DNA from: a virus
Lineage: Duplodnaviria; Caudoviricetes
Strand: one strand, 5' to 3'
Virus record (IMG/VR): IMGVR_UViG_3300005253_000516
Coordinates: 1 to 63,443 of that record
Length of the DNA: 63,443 nucleotides
This document shows positions 1 through 8,790 of the stretch, one piece after another; position 1 is the stretch's first letter; each line of letters opens with the position of its first letter. The notes beneath the pieces are model-generated. The model did no database searches, had not been told where the DNA came from, and saw only the letters and a list, made by a program, of their open reading frames with translations. The position numbers were made by a program, and so were the translations under genes.

Positions 1-94
1 GTTGTCGTTCGGACTCGCGTTGTGGCTACGCCCGCTTGCAGTCAGCGTCGCGGCTGGGCTCAAGTGGCGGTAGAGATCGGATAGTAGACAAGCC
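1..94. repeat. Terminal direct repeat, left copy (circular overlap)
   Basis: 1-94 is identical to 63350-63443 except C29 vs G63378. Confidence 0.95.
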
Positions 95-124
95 TCTGGT
101 GTGGCACCCAGGGGTAGACAACAA

Positions 125-236
125 GGCTAGAACGGCCCAAGCTCCTGATCTTTGATCGGGGCGGTGCGGTCATTATGCGCTAGCCAGGCGCAGCCGTTCT
201 AGCCGCCGGACTGCCTCGATCAAAGGATAGGAGCTT
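125..236 (+). promoter_or_regulatory. Structured leader (A-B-A'-B') sequestering the RBS of the HNH-AP2 gene
   Basis: GGCTAGAACGGC (125-136) is complementary to GCCGTTCTAGCC (193-204), which lies in the loop of a long hairpin AAGCTCCT..ATCTTTGATCGGGGCGGT / ACTGCCTCGATCAAAGGAT..AGGAGCTT that pairs the AGGAG RBS. Confidence 0.75.
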
Positions 237-241
237 TTTCT

Positions 242-718
242 ATGTCCAAAACGATCCCGCTCACCCAGGGCTATGTCGTTATCGTAGACGATGAGGACTT
301 TGAGAGGCTGGCGCAGCATAAGTGGTACGCACATCGTGGTCACGGAGGCGACTTCTACGCCGTGCGTAAGACGAGAGACACGAATGGCGAGCAGCGCATG
401 GTACGCATGCACCGCATTATTGTAGGTGCTAGCCCGGGTGAGGATGTGGATCATGAGAATCATGATACCCTGGACAATCGTCGGCGCAACATTCGTAGGT
501 GCACACGAGCTCAGAACCAGGCGAATTCGCGCAAGATGCGTGGAACATCGAGCCGATTCAAGGGGGTAAGCTGGCACAAGGGCATGCGCAAGTGGCAAGC
601 GGGAATTGCTCGCAATGGCAAGTCGCGCCACTTGGGCTACTTCGATGATGAGCATGACGCCGGCCGCGCCTATAATGCTGCGGCCATCGGGGAGTTCGCA
701 CTGCTCAACGAGGTATAG
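242..718 (+). CDS. HNH endonuclease with C-terminal AP2 domain
   Basis: MHR..VDHENHDTLDNRRRNIR HNH motif, then SRFKGVSW..HLGYF..A..AYNAAA AP2 motif; AGGAG RBS. Confidence 0.9.
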   Translation: MSKTIPLTQGYVVIVDDEDFERLAQHKWYAHRGHGGDFYAVRKTRDTNGEQRMVRMHRIIVGASPGEDVDHENHDTLDNRRRNIRRCTRAQNQANSRKMRGTSSRFKGVSWHKGMRKWQAGIARNGKSRHLGYFDDEHDAGRAYNAAAIGEFALLNEV

Positions 719-780
719 CCAGCACTACATCATTCCCCTTACGCCGTTCGCTCTTGGTCAGAGAATGAGAGGCTTTTTGT

Positions 781-1287
781 ATGGAGATCACGCATCCTGC
801 TGACTACTACGCTTACATGATCGACGAGCTGTCCAAGCGCCATCCCCGAGAGGATTGGGTGTTTGCCTTTGAGGTGCCGGAAGTATGCTCCTATGACATG
901 CGTTTCATCGATGCGTTCGCATGTGCTGTCCATCCGTCAAAGATGTTTCGACGCATCGCCTACGAGCTCAAGACTGCACGCGGCGACTGGCTCAAGGAGC
1001 TACGCAATCCTGAAAAGCGCGCCCCGTTTGTGGCCCTGTCGAATCAGTTCTGGTTCGTCATCGCCGAAGGCATCGGGTCCAAAGACGACATGCCGCCAGA
1101 TACCGCGGACTGCGGGTTGCTAGAGATCATGGCAACGGGCCGGACGCGAATCAGGACACGTAAAAAGGCGCCTCTCCGTGACGTGGGCGACATCCCGACA
1201 TCGTTCGCAATGGCGATGATGCGGACGGTGAGAGAGCGGCCAATACCGCAGCGCAGCAGGATCTATGTGTCACGACCGGCATGGTGA
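781..1287 (+). CDS. PD-(D/E)XK nuclease, MmcB-like
   Basis: FEV..RFIDAFA..AYELKTARGDW..EL..PEKR..SNQFWFV..GLL pattern. Confidence 0.7.
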   Translation: MEITHPADYYAYMIDELSKRHPREDWVFAFEVPEVCSYDMRFIDAFACAVHPSKMFRRIAYELKTARGDWLKELRNPEKRAPFVALSNQFWFVIAEGIGSKDDMPPDTADCGLLEIMATGRTRIRTRKKAPLRDVGDIPTSFAMAMMRTVRERPIPQRSRIYVSRPAW

Positions 1288-1442
1288 CATCGCCCGATAG
1301 CGGCGCGGGCTTTTGCGTGTCTAGGAGGCAAGCATGATCTCGCAAGAAACTGCGGACCATGTTAGAGAAGTCGTGGCGTTATGGGCCGAGCTGAACGCAT
1401 TGTTCGCAGAATTGCACGCGTTAGGAGAAAAGGCGAGGGACG

Positions 1443-1691
1443 ATGAAAGCTTCAACACCCCGACCTAGCCCGCCAAAGCCAGGACTGACAATCCTAATCG
1501 AGTTCACTGGCCCCATCGCGCGGTTGCCCTATGTCTTCATCAGCCGCACCGGCGTCTTTGCTTTCGGATGGCTCTTTGTGCATGTGGGTTTTATGACGAA
1601 AGACTATCGCGTCGGATTCGACACTATCGCGAGAGAGTTGGCAAAGAAGCATGGCAAGGATCAAGCTAGAGGGCCATCTAGTTTGCGTTGA
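1443..1691 (+). CDS. Small hypothetical protein
   Basis: ORF with GAGGG RBS in a tightly packed operon. Confidence 0.5.
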   Translation: MKASTPRPSPPKPGLTILIEFTGPIARLPYVFISRTGVFAFGWLFVHVGFMTKDYRVGFDTIARELAKKHGKDQARGPSSLR

Positions 1692-1860
1692 GAGTGACCT
1701 CACGTATAAGCATCTAATGCTCGACGGTGAAACTTTGTCGTGGCTGATTGATAGCCTGGAGACCGTGAAAGCGAAAACGTATAGTCCCGACACGGATTAT
1801 GGCCACGTTCGCATCGTGATTGAGCAGGTGGAGGCCAATGAAGCGCAACTGGTTTCATGA
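1651..1860 (+). CDS. Hypothetical protein, paralog of 19487 and 19884
   Basis: Shared I.LEGHL..L.LDG..DYG.VRI.IEQ motif. Confidence 0.7.
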   Translation: MARIKLEGHLVCVESDLTYKHLMLDGETLSWLIDSLETVKAKTYSPDTDYGHVRIVIEQVEANEAQLVS

Positions 1861-1959
1861 ACTATGCGACTCCCTGCGCGCTTTCCGTGACGAGCTGGCG
1901 CAGGTCGGGCTGTTCATCTGGTATTGGCCAAAGCGGCCGCCAGCAAAGTGAGAACCCAG

Positions 1960-2919
1960 ATGAGATCCACAAGACAGCCAGTGCTAAGGCCCTTGGTCGT
2001 TGTTCTGCTTTCTATTGCGCTCTTGCTCTCGGTGCCTGGCATCGCTAGTCTTGCGCAGTCACCAGAAGCCGCGATAGCTAATGTTGCGCCATATGCACTT
2101 GGCTTGATCCCCTCCCCTCCTGGAGACTACCCTCGACTTGAGCTCAAGAGTCAACTAACCTCACTTCCCAGCGCGGTCGATCTGAGCGCAGGTCTGCCTC
2201 CCGTAGGGAGACAGGGAGGCCAGTCCAGTTGCGTGGGCTTTGCTCTCTCATACTATCGTTCGTATCAAGAGGGAGTCGAGAACGGACGCGTGCCACGGGA
2301 GCCTGACGAGATCTTTAGCCCGGCGTTCATCTACAACCAGCGCCTGACATCTGACTGCAGTCGTGACGTAGGCATGAGCTTTGTGGATGGCTTGCGCATC
2401 GCGGTCGAGAATGGCATGGCTACCCTGGCCACGATGCCCTACGATCCGTCCGACTCGTGCGCGCAGCCTTCCGAGGAGGCAATTGCTGAGGCAGCGAGAT
2501 ACCGTTCGGTTGCGTATCTCAACCTATTCGCTGGACAGGGCACCGCCAATCTAGATCTCCTGAAACAGCACCTCGCGTCGGGCGATCCTTTTCTTCTCTC
2601 GGTGCCAATCTATTCCGAGTTCTACCATGTGACCGCATCCAACGCGGTGATCGGCGTCCCTGAAGACGGGTCCCGGTACGACGGTAGGCATGCAATCCTG
2701 ATCGTGGGATACGACGACGCGACCGAGACGTTCGGCTTCGTCAATTCCTGGGGACCGGAGTGGGGCGAAAGCGGATCCGCGTACCTGACCTACGACTTTG
2801 TGTCCGAGCAGGCGAGGGAGGGGTGGATTCTGGAGGGCTCGGACACCACTCCAACCTTGTTTGTCAGCTTACCCCTGGTCCTTCGCAATACGACCTTGCA
2901 CCCGGTGGCAAGTCCATGA
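1960..2919 (+). CDS. Secreted papain-like (C1A) cysteine protease
   Basis: Signal peptide; LPSAVDL..QGGQSSCVGF (catalytic Cys), HAILIVGYD (His), NSWG (Asn); C-terminal LFVSLPLVLR. Confidence 0.9.
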   Translation: MRSTRQPVLRPLVVVLLSIALLLSVPGIASLAQSPEAAIANVAPYALGLIPSPPGDYPRLELKSQLTSLPSAVDLSAGLPPVGRQGGQSSCVGFALSYYRSYQEGVENGRVPREPDEIFSPAFIYNQRLTSDCSRDVGMSFVDGLRIAVENGMATLATMPYDPSDSCAQPSEEAIAEAARYRSVAYLNLFAGQGTANLDLLKQHLASGDPFLLSVPIYSEFYHVTASNAVIGVPEDGSRYDGRHAILIVGYDDATETFGFVNSWGPEWGESGSAYLTYDFVSEQAREGWILEGSDTTPTLFVSLPLVLRNTTLHPVASP

Positions 2920-2940
2920 GCTTGGGCAGGGCTACGAGGT

Positions 2941-2969
2941 TTGACATGGCGCCGAGAATCGCGTATGAT
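2941..2969 (+). promoter_or_regulatory. Sigma70-type promoter of the replication operon
   Basis: TTGACA-17 nt-TATGAT. Confidence 0.8.
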
Positions 2970-2974
2970 GGTGG

Positions 2975-3210
2975 TGTAGGCGTGTGCGGGTAGCCCTCCG
3001 CCACTTTCACGAGTGGCAACCTGTGAGTATCAGGCGGGAACGTAGGGTCCGACGCCTACATGATGAAACTGGGATGACAACCCAGGGAACGCACAACTAG
3101 GTGGGACCACACATGCCTCTTGAATCGATGGTAGAGGCGATGCGGAGGGCGTCTTGTCAACGCCTATGGAGTCCCATCGCCGAATCGCCTTTACCATCGG
3201 CACAGGAGGC
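2975..3210 (+). promoter_or_regulatory. Structured leader: multi-hairpin domain plus RBS-sequestering hairpin
   Basis: TGTAGGCGT/ACGCCTACA closes two internal hairpins (GCCACT/AGTGGC, CCTG/CAGG); GCCTCTTG..CGATGGTAGAGGCGAT pairs with ATCGCCTTTACCATCG..CAGGAGGC, covering the RBS. Confidence 0.65.
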
Positions 3211-3217
3211 TTCTGTT

Positions 3218-3730
3218 ATGGGTTGGATAAAGCTAGACGACCAGTTCCGTAATCATTCCAAGGTGCTGGCCGCCGGTCCTGATGGCGCGTGGCTCTACGT
3301 GTGTGGGCTATGCTACATCTCACAGCATGGCACCGGGGACTTTATTCCGGCGCGGGCTCTCGTAGAGCTGATGGAAAACCCAGACAATGACGTCGTTTGG
3401 CTCCGTCTAATACGCGCCAACTTGTGGCGCAAGGTACAAGATGGGTTCCGAATAGCTGACTGGCTCAACTGCGCGATTATGCCCAACCGCACCACGCAAG
3501 AAGCGCGCAAGTGCCGCGAGTACATCGCCTGGCGCAACGCTGTCAAACTCCGCGACCTGGACGTTTGCCAGGCTTGCGGCGAGTGGCAGGGCGAGTCACA
3601 CGCTCACCACATTTTGCCGTGGGCCTCGTTCCCAAGAGACCGCTTCGACGTTGACAACGGCCTGACGCTATGCGCCGAGTGTCACAAGGCGCTACACCGC
3701 GAAATGAGGGAGCATGCCGAAATGGCGTAA
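3218..3730 (+). CDS. Replication-initiator-like N-terminal domain fused to an HNH endonuclease
   Basis: MGWIKLDD..H.K..G.WLY..LCY N-terminus; RD..CQACG..HAHHI..DNGLTLCAECH HNH; AGGAGG RBS before ATG 3218. Confidence 0.8.
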   Translation: MGWIKLDDQFRNHSKVLAAGPDGAWLYVCGLCYISQHGTGDFIPARALVELMENPDNDVVWLRLIRANLWRKVQDGFRIADWLNCAIMPNRTTQEARKCREYIAWRNAVKLRDLDVCQACGEWQGESHAHHILPWASFPRDRFDVDNGLTLCAECHKALHREMREHAEMA

Positions 3731-4631
3731 GCTACACGTCAAGGCGCTAGAGTCTGAGGACATCCATGACATGCCCGACGATTTTACTCGGCTACTGTGG
3801 GTGCTGCTGCCCCTCGTGTTGGATCGGGAAGGACGCGGTCGGTACAATGACACATGGGTGCGCAGCAAAATCTTCCCTCTCAGAAATGACGTCACCGATG
3901 AGCAAGTCTGTCTGGCTATGGGCTGGCTCTACACTCGCCGCATGATCATCCCATATCAATCTAATGGCCGCTCATACTTCCATGTGCCATCATTCCCCCG
4001 CTACCAGGGAGACACGTCGAAGGAAGCCGAGAGCTACTATCCCCCTCCGCCAGACCTTGACGATGACGACTCGCGCCCTACTCCAGAGTTAGTCGAGAGT
4101 AACTCGGGAGTAGGTCAAGACCTAGTCGCGACTAGGTCCGGATCAGATGCAGATGCAGATGCAGATGCAGATGCAGATGCAGATGCAGATGCAGATGCAG
4201 ATGCAGATGCAGATGCAGATGCAGATGCACCCCCGGCAGCAGCAGCTCCGCTGCCCCCCGAATCGCGTCCTGAGCCAAACGCCGATCCCGTCGTGGCGCA
4301 TCTATTCGGCCTACTCGACAAGGCGGCGGTTATCGTCAACGGGGCTATGCAAGCCGAGGTGTGGACGGACCTATTGGACATCACGAGAGACAAGACACTA
4401 CTCAGCGAGACGTTCGTGGAAGCCGCAAGAACTGGCAAGCATCCCTCGCCTAACTGGTGCCGCAGCGTTTTGGAGCGGTGCATACGGGACAACACGCGGC
4501 CCGGGAAATGGAATGGCGACGGCAGAGCGCGTGACGAGCCCGCTGGCAAACCCTATGCCCGCGACGGGCCTCTACGCACAGTCAAATACGTCGCGTCGGA
4601 TGGCAGCCTCAAAAAGGGGACCGTAGGATGA
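3714..4631 (+). CDS. Phage replication initiator (lambda O/DnaD-like)
   Basis: RLLW..LD.EGRG N-terminus, low-complexity linker with repeats, located directly upstream of DnaB. Confidence 0.7.
   Translation: MPKWRKLHVKALESEDIHDMPDDFTRLLWVLLPLVLDREGRGRYNDTWVRSKIFPLRNDVTDEQVCLAMGWLYTRRMIIPYQSNGRSYFHVPSFPRYQGDTSKEAESYYPPPPDLDDDDSRPTPELVESNSGVGQDLVATRSGSDADADADADADADADADADADADADADAPPAAAAPLPPESRPEPNADPVVAHLFGLLDKAAVIVNGAMQAEVWTDLLDITRDKTLLSETFVEAARTGKHPSPNWCRSVLERCIRDNTRPGKWNGDGRARDEPAGKPYARDGPLRTVKYVASDGSLKKGTVG
4146..4229. repeat. Perfect (GATGCA)14 tandem repeat encoding (DA)14
   Basis: Directly visible; preceded by the 20-bp palindrome GACCTAGTCGCGACTAGGTC (4119-4138). Confidence 0.95.
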
Positions 4632-6022
4632 GCCGCATAGCCGCCGAGCAAGCACAGCTACGCCCGCATAGCATCGAAGCTGAGGAGGCGGTTCTAGGCT
4701 CCATCCTCATCGACCCCGACGCTATCCTTCGGGCTCAGGAGGTGGGCCTCGTGGCCGCTGACTTTTTCCGCGTGGCCAACGGCGCCATCTATGCGGCGGC
4801 CATCACCCTTGCTGAGGCGTACAGCGTCGCAGACTATGTGACCATAGGCGACGTACTTGAGAACCGCACGAACGGTGACGGCTCCCAGCTCCACATGATC
4901 GGTGGTGAGTCGGAGCTAACGCGGCTCATAACTCACACGCCTACATCGATACATGCTGGCCACTACGCCGAGATCGTCCACCGCCTCGCGCAACAGCGCC
5001 AGCTTATTGGCGTTGCGGGCGACATCGCAGCAGCAGCTCATGCGCACGATGGACCTATCGAAACGCTTTACGATGATGTGAGCCGCCAGTTTTTCGATGC
5101 CGTGGACGTGTCCGCGCCAGCGTCACATCTGCGAGGCGATGATAACACACTGTCTGACTACCTGGTCAATCAGCAGGCTATCAAGGAGCGGCTGGACGCC
5201 AACCCCGACGCGCTCATCACCACGGGCTGGGCGGACATCGATCGCTACTTGGGTGACATAGAGGCTGGCATGTTGCACGTTGTGGTGGCGCGGCCATCAG
5301 TGGGCAAGACGATCTATCTCGAGGGCATAGCGGAGCACAACGCGCAAAGGGGGCATCATGTCGCGTTTTACCATTTGGAGCTGTCTCATTCACTCATGCT
5401 TAACCGGCGTATGGCGCGTTACAGTGGGATTCCCATCCAGCAGCTCAGGCGCGGCTACACCGGCCCTAAGCTTGCGAGGGCGCTTGACGATATCCGATCC
5501 TGGCACCAACGCATCACATATATTCATTGTGCGGGGTGGTCTGCTGAGCGCATAGCGGCTGACATGGTACGCCTCTGCGCCAGGGGTGAGTGTGACCTGG
5601 CCATCATCGACTATTTCCAGAAGATGCGCTGGCCAGAGCGCAAGGGCGCGAACGTCTCTGCCCTTATGGGTCTCATGGCGGAGACCTTAAAAAACGCCGC
5701 TGAGAGTTTGTCAATCCCCGTGATCACGGCGGCACAGGTGAACCGCTCGTGGAAGGCAAACGCCAAGGGGCGGCCCCATATTGAGGATCTGCGCAACTCG
5801 GGTGAGATCCATGAGAAATGCAATCAAGCCGTGGTGCTACATAGGCCAAACGACCGCGAGGATAGACGCGGGGGCGGCACTTTGGAGGCCATAGAGGCGG
5901 CGGTGGAAAAGAACACGACGGGCGACGTGGGGAGAGTAGACATGTTCCACGAGGTAGGCCGCTTTCGCCTCGTGGGCGTCACGCGCCAGACGAGGCCCGA
6001 GACAGAGGAACTGCCGTTTTGA
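4628..6022 (+). CDS. dnaB: Replicative DnaB-like helicase
   Basis: PHSIEAEEAVLGSIL N-domain, Walker A ARPSVGKT, IIDYFQ, AQVNR, DLRNSGEI. Confidence 0.93.
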   Translation: MSRIAAEQAQLRPHSIEAEEAVLGSILIDPDAILRAQEVGLVAADFFRVANGAIYAAAITLAEAYSVADYVTIGDVLENRTNGDGSQLHMIGGESELTRLITHTPTSIHAGHYAEIVHRLAQQRQLIGVAGDIAAAAHAHDGPIETLYDDVSRQFFDAVDVSAPASHLRGDDNTLSDYLVNQQAIKERLDANPDALITTGWADIDRYLGDIEAGMLHVVVARPSVGKTIYLEGIAEHNAQRGHHVAFYHLELSHSLMLNRRMARYSGIPIQQLRRGYTGPKLARALDDIRSWHQRITYIHCAGWSAERIAADMVRLCARGECDLAIIDYFQKMRWPERKGANVSALMGLMAETLKNAAESLSIPVITAAQVNRSWKANAKGRPHIEDLRNSGEIHEKCNQAVVLHRPNDREDRRGGGTLEAIEAAVEKNTTGDVGRVDMFHEVGRFRLVGVTRQTRPETEELPF

Positions 6023-6100
6023 CCGCACAACTCGCAGCGCAGCGGGAGCGAGTCGCGGCGAAACGGCTCTGTAGCCGACAGATCGAAGGAGGGTGAGGGG

Positions 6101-6691
6101 ATGAACGACAAGGGCAAGAGGAGCTACACGAAACCGTTGACGCCAGAGGAGCGCGAGCAAAGCGTCTTTTGGGCCACTTGCGCAGCGGAGCAGGGCACAA
6201 TACCCGATGGGGTGCGGCAGGCAAAGGTCTATCTGCGCTGGGACGCCACCTTGCGCCTTCTCGAGGAGGGCCTCGCAGCGGTGACGGCAGAGCGGGACGT
6301 AGAGTGGAACGCGAGGGGTGAAGCAGAGCGGGAAAGAGACGCCTACCGTTGGGTCGTGCTGGAACTGCTAGACGACAAGACGCTGGCAGAGTTCATCGCA
6401 ACCGTGGAGCGATGCGGATGGGGCGAGTTGCGAGAGGGGCGCATACTAGATGCCGTGAGAGGGCTTGGGAGCCTAGTGATTCGCCCACCATCCGGCTCCC
6501 CCGGAGGCTTCGAGGCCGCCGCTGGCATCCTCGCCGACACGTGGGACGGTGAGAAGAGCGAGGTTACGATACGGCGGCTTCGCGAGTACGGCATCGCGCG
6601 GGATGGGACACCGCCGCCAGAGACCACCAAGCCGATCGCCGAGACGCGCATGGGAGAGCCGAACGCTATCGATGCAGAGGAGGAGACGTGA
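6101..6691 (+). CDS. Hypothetical protein
   Basis: ORF with GAGGG RBS, coupled to the next gene. Confidence 0.55.
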   Translation: MNDKGKRSYTKPLTPEEREQSVFWATCAAEQGTIPDGVRQAKVYLRWDATLRLLEEGLAAVTAERDVEWNARGEAERERDAYRWVVLELLDDKTLAEFIATVERCGWGELREGRILDAVRGLGSLVIRPPSGSPGGFEAAAGILADTWDGEKSEVTIRRLREYGIARDGTPPPETTKPIAETRMGEPNAIDAEEET

Positions 6692-6993
6692 GCAAGAAAT
6701 ACCTGCCATACACCGATAAGGAACGAATGGCTTTGCTCGAGACGTGGGAGATCAACGATGGCGAAACCGGCCAGCAGTTCATCCATATGGGGACTAAAGT
6801 TGGTCGCTACGAGGCCACCGTCGGCGCGCTCGAAGCGGAGCGGGACTCACTACGGCGAGGCGCTGACGGCTTGATAGACGCGGGGATGGAGTTCATGAAA
6901 GAGCGGGACGCGGCATTGGCCGAACGCGACGAACTGCGGCGCCATCTCAAAGCCCTGGGCAACGCGGCTGACGCTGTGGCGGCGATGCCATGA
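6688..6993 (+). CDS. Coiled-coil hypothetical protein
   Basis: GTGA overlap; repeated (A)ERD motifs. Confidence 0.6.
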   Translation: MSKKYLPYTDKERMALLETWEINDGETGQQFIHMGTKVGRYEATVGALEAERDSLRRGADGLIDAGMEFMKERDAALAERDELRRHLKALGNAADAVAAMP

Positions 6994-7193
6994 CCATTGA
7001 GGACAGAGCCGTTTCGATTCTGGGCTACGCGCGGAAATCTCTTGTAGAGGGCGCAGGTGGCGACCTGGTGGCGAGCGTTGCGCATGACATAGTCTATCTG
7101 TGTGAGAGGATGCGCAAGGCTGAGGAAAAGCGCGACGAATTGCAGGACGATGTGTGGGACCTGACTTGCCAACTTGAAAACGAGGAACCATGA
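6990..7193 (+). CDS. Hypothetical protein
   Basis: ATGA overlaps at both ends. Confidence 0.6.
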   Translation: MTIEDRAVSILGYARKSLVEGAGGDLVASVAHDIVYLCERMRKAEEKRDELQDDVWDLTCQLENEEP

Positions 7194-7408
7194 CCCCCCT
7201 ATTCGACGGCCTCGACCTCGCCCCCGACGCCGCGTTCCTGCTGTGGTTCGCCGTGGGCATGGTGGCCATCGGCCTCGCTATCGGCGCGTACATGGTGGGG
7301 AGGCGAGCGTGGCGGTGGGTGGGGAGGGCGAGGCGGAGGCGCCGTATCGGCCGGCGAGTGGATCGATTGGTGGAGTTCCTCAAGGATGCTGATATGGGGA
7401 GGGGATGA
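7190..7408 (+). CDS. Small membrane protein
   Basis: One hydrophobic segment followed by an Arg-rich tail. Confidence 0.6.
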   Translation: MTPLFDGLDLAPDAAFLLWFAVGMVAIGLAIGAYMVGRRAWRWVGRARRRRRIGRRVDRLVEFLKDADMGRG

Positions 7409-7800
7409 TGCTAGCGTTCCGCCTCGTGGGCCTCGAAGGACCGATCGTCCCATACGTGCGCATGACCCAGCGTAGCAAGCACGCGGACCCGAGGGCGCGG
7501 CGGTATCTCGCATCACAGCAGGCGCTCAAGATCCAACTGCGACAGCAGATGACCGAAAAGGACGAGTACGAGCCGTTGACGCGTGAGCCGCTAGAGGCGT
7601 TTCTGACGTTTTGGTGGGTGAACCACCGGCAGGATCTCGACAACCTCGTCAAAGCGATCCTAGACGCGGCCTCTGGTATCGTGTGGGCTGATGATAGATG
7701 GGTGGACCGATTCACCGCGTCGCGAGTGCCAAGGCGCGAGCAGACGTGTTTTTTGCAGGTGCGCAGCGTCGACGACGTGGAACGTTTGTTGAGGAGGTGA
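7405..7800 (+). CDS. rusA: RusA-like Holliday junction resolvase
   Basis: DLDNLVKAILDA..GIVWADDRWV signature. Confidence 0.88.
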   Translation: MMLAFRLVGLEGPIVPYVRMTQRSKHADPRARRYLASQQALKIQLRQQMTEKDEYEPLTREPLEAFLTFWWVNHRQDLDNLVKAILDAASGIVWADDRWVDRFTASRVPRREQTCFLQVRSVDDVERLLRR

Positions 7801-7803
7801 GAG

Positions 7804-8022
7804 ATGGCTGCGTTTCCGAAAGGCGCATTGATAGTTGGGCAACCAAGGATGCGTGACGGACAATGCGTCATGTCACTCGAGATAGACAAGCGCAGCAAAG
7901 AATGGCGCAAGTGGGCATGGGGAGTTGTCCGTCGCGAAGTAGCCAAGAACCGCATACCGTTCTGGCGCTGGCCGCAAGTGGCCTGCCTCGTGGGACGGTT
8001 CATGTGGCGAGTCTCGCGGTAA
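7804..8022 (+). CDS. Hypothetical protein, paralog of 20128-20346
   Basis: Near-identical sequence FPKGALIV.QPRMR..IDKR.KEWR..PFWRWPQV. Confidence 0.75.
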   Translation: MAAFPKGALIVGQPRMRDGQCVMSLEIDKRSKEWRKWAWGVVRREVAKNRIPFWRWPQVACLVGRFMWRVSR

Positions 8023-8031
8023 AGGAGCAAG

Positions 8032-8316
8032 ATGGCAACAGGACCGGACGATCTGACTAGCTGGCGGCCGGACGATGGGAGCGAAGAGGAGGCGGAACGG
8101 GTGGCCGCCGATGGAAAGCGGTTTGTCGAGTCTATCGAGGCGGTATTCAGTCTTGGTGAGACATGCGCCAGGTTCATGGAGGCGTGGGATGCGGCGGCAG
8201 CCAACGGCCTAACAATGGAACAGTGGCGTGAGCTGCCGGGACCGCGGCGGGCTATGTTGGTGCAGCGAAGACGGGCCGGGCGTCGGGCTAGACAAACGCG
8301 ACGAAATGCGCGATAA
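8032..8316 (+). CDS. Hypothetical protein
   Basis: AAGGAG RBS. Confidence 0.55.
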   Translation: MATGPDDLTSWRPDDGSEEEAERVAADGKRFVESIEAVFSLGETCARFMEAWDAAAANGLTMEQWRELPGPRRAMLVQRRRAGRRARQTRRNAR

Positions 8317-8334
8317 TGAGTAAGGAGGAACGAA

Positions 8335-8568
8335 ATGACAGCTAGAGGGATCCCGTTGTTCGTGGATAGTCTCATAACGGTGCTTGCCGCCATCGGAGAA
8401 TGGCTGGGATTTGGACAGCCACAGACGCCGCCCCTGCATCCTTGGTATGCTGGCGGAGTATTGTTGCCAGCACACTGGATAGAGAAAGGCGTCAGGGCTT
8501 GTGATTGGTGCGGATCGCCACAAGCAAAAGACCGTCTATCATGTATCAAATGCGGAGGCGCGCCATGA
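8335..8568 (+). CDS. Small zinc-ribbon protein
   Basis: CDWCG..CIKCGGAP; AGGAGG RBS. Confidence 0.65.
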   Translation: MTARGIPLFVDSLITVLAAIGEWLGFGQPQTPPLHPWYAGGVLLPAHWIEKGVRACDWCGSPQAKDRLSCIKCGGAP

Positions 8569-8783
8569 CCCTACAAATCATCGCAGGCATCCTCGGCGGG
8601 GCTATCTTTGGGCTGTTCATCGGCGTGTGGTTGGGATGGGGGGCGCGGACGCTGAATATCACCAAGGCGGGGTATACGATGTTCACGGTAAAGGATCAGC
8701 TCTACATCGTGAGAGCGGCGGACATGGCGGAAGTCCTTGGGCGTGTGAATGCCAAGATGGATCAGCACGAGTTGAGGGAGTGA
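8565..8783 (+). CDS. Small membrane protein
   Basis: ATGA overlap, N-terminal TM helix. Confidence 0.55.
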   Translation: MTLQIIAGILGGAIFGLFIGVWLGWGARTLNITKAGYTMFTVKDQLYIVRAADMAEVLGRVNAKMDQHELRE

Positions 8784-8790
8784 GGATGCT

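Noticed and set aside
90-775. HNH-AP2 gene as part of a group I intron (AAGCCTCT/AGAGGCTT flanking complementarity)
   Set aside because: No recognisable P7 or core elements and no interrupted host gene
4146-4229. CRISPR array, or real poly-MQ / poly-AS ORFs in other frames
   Set aside because: A simple hexamer repeat without spacers; the alternative ORFs are shadows of the initiator gene
7380-8549. 389-aa minus-strand ORF
   Set aside because: Overlaps several well-supported plus-strand genes including rusA; its composition is not protein-like
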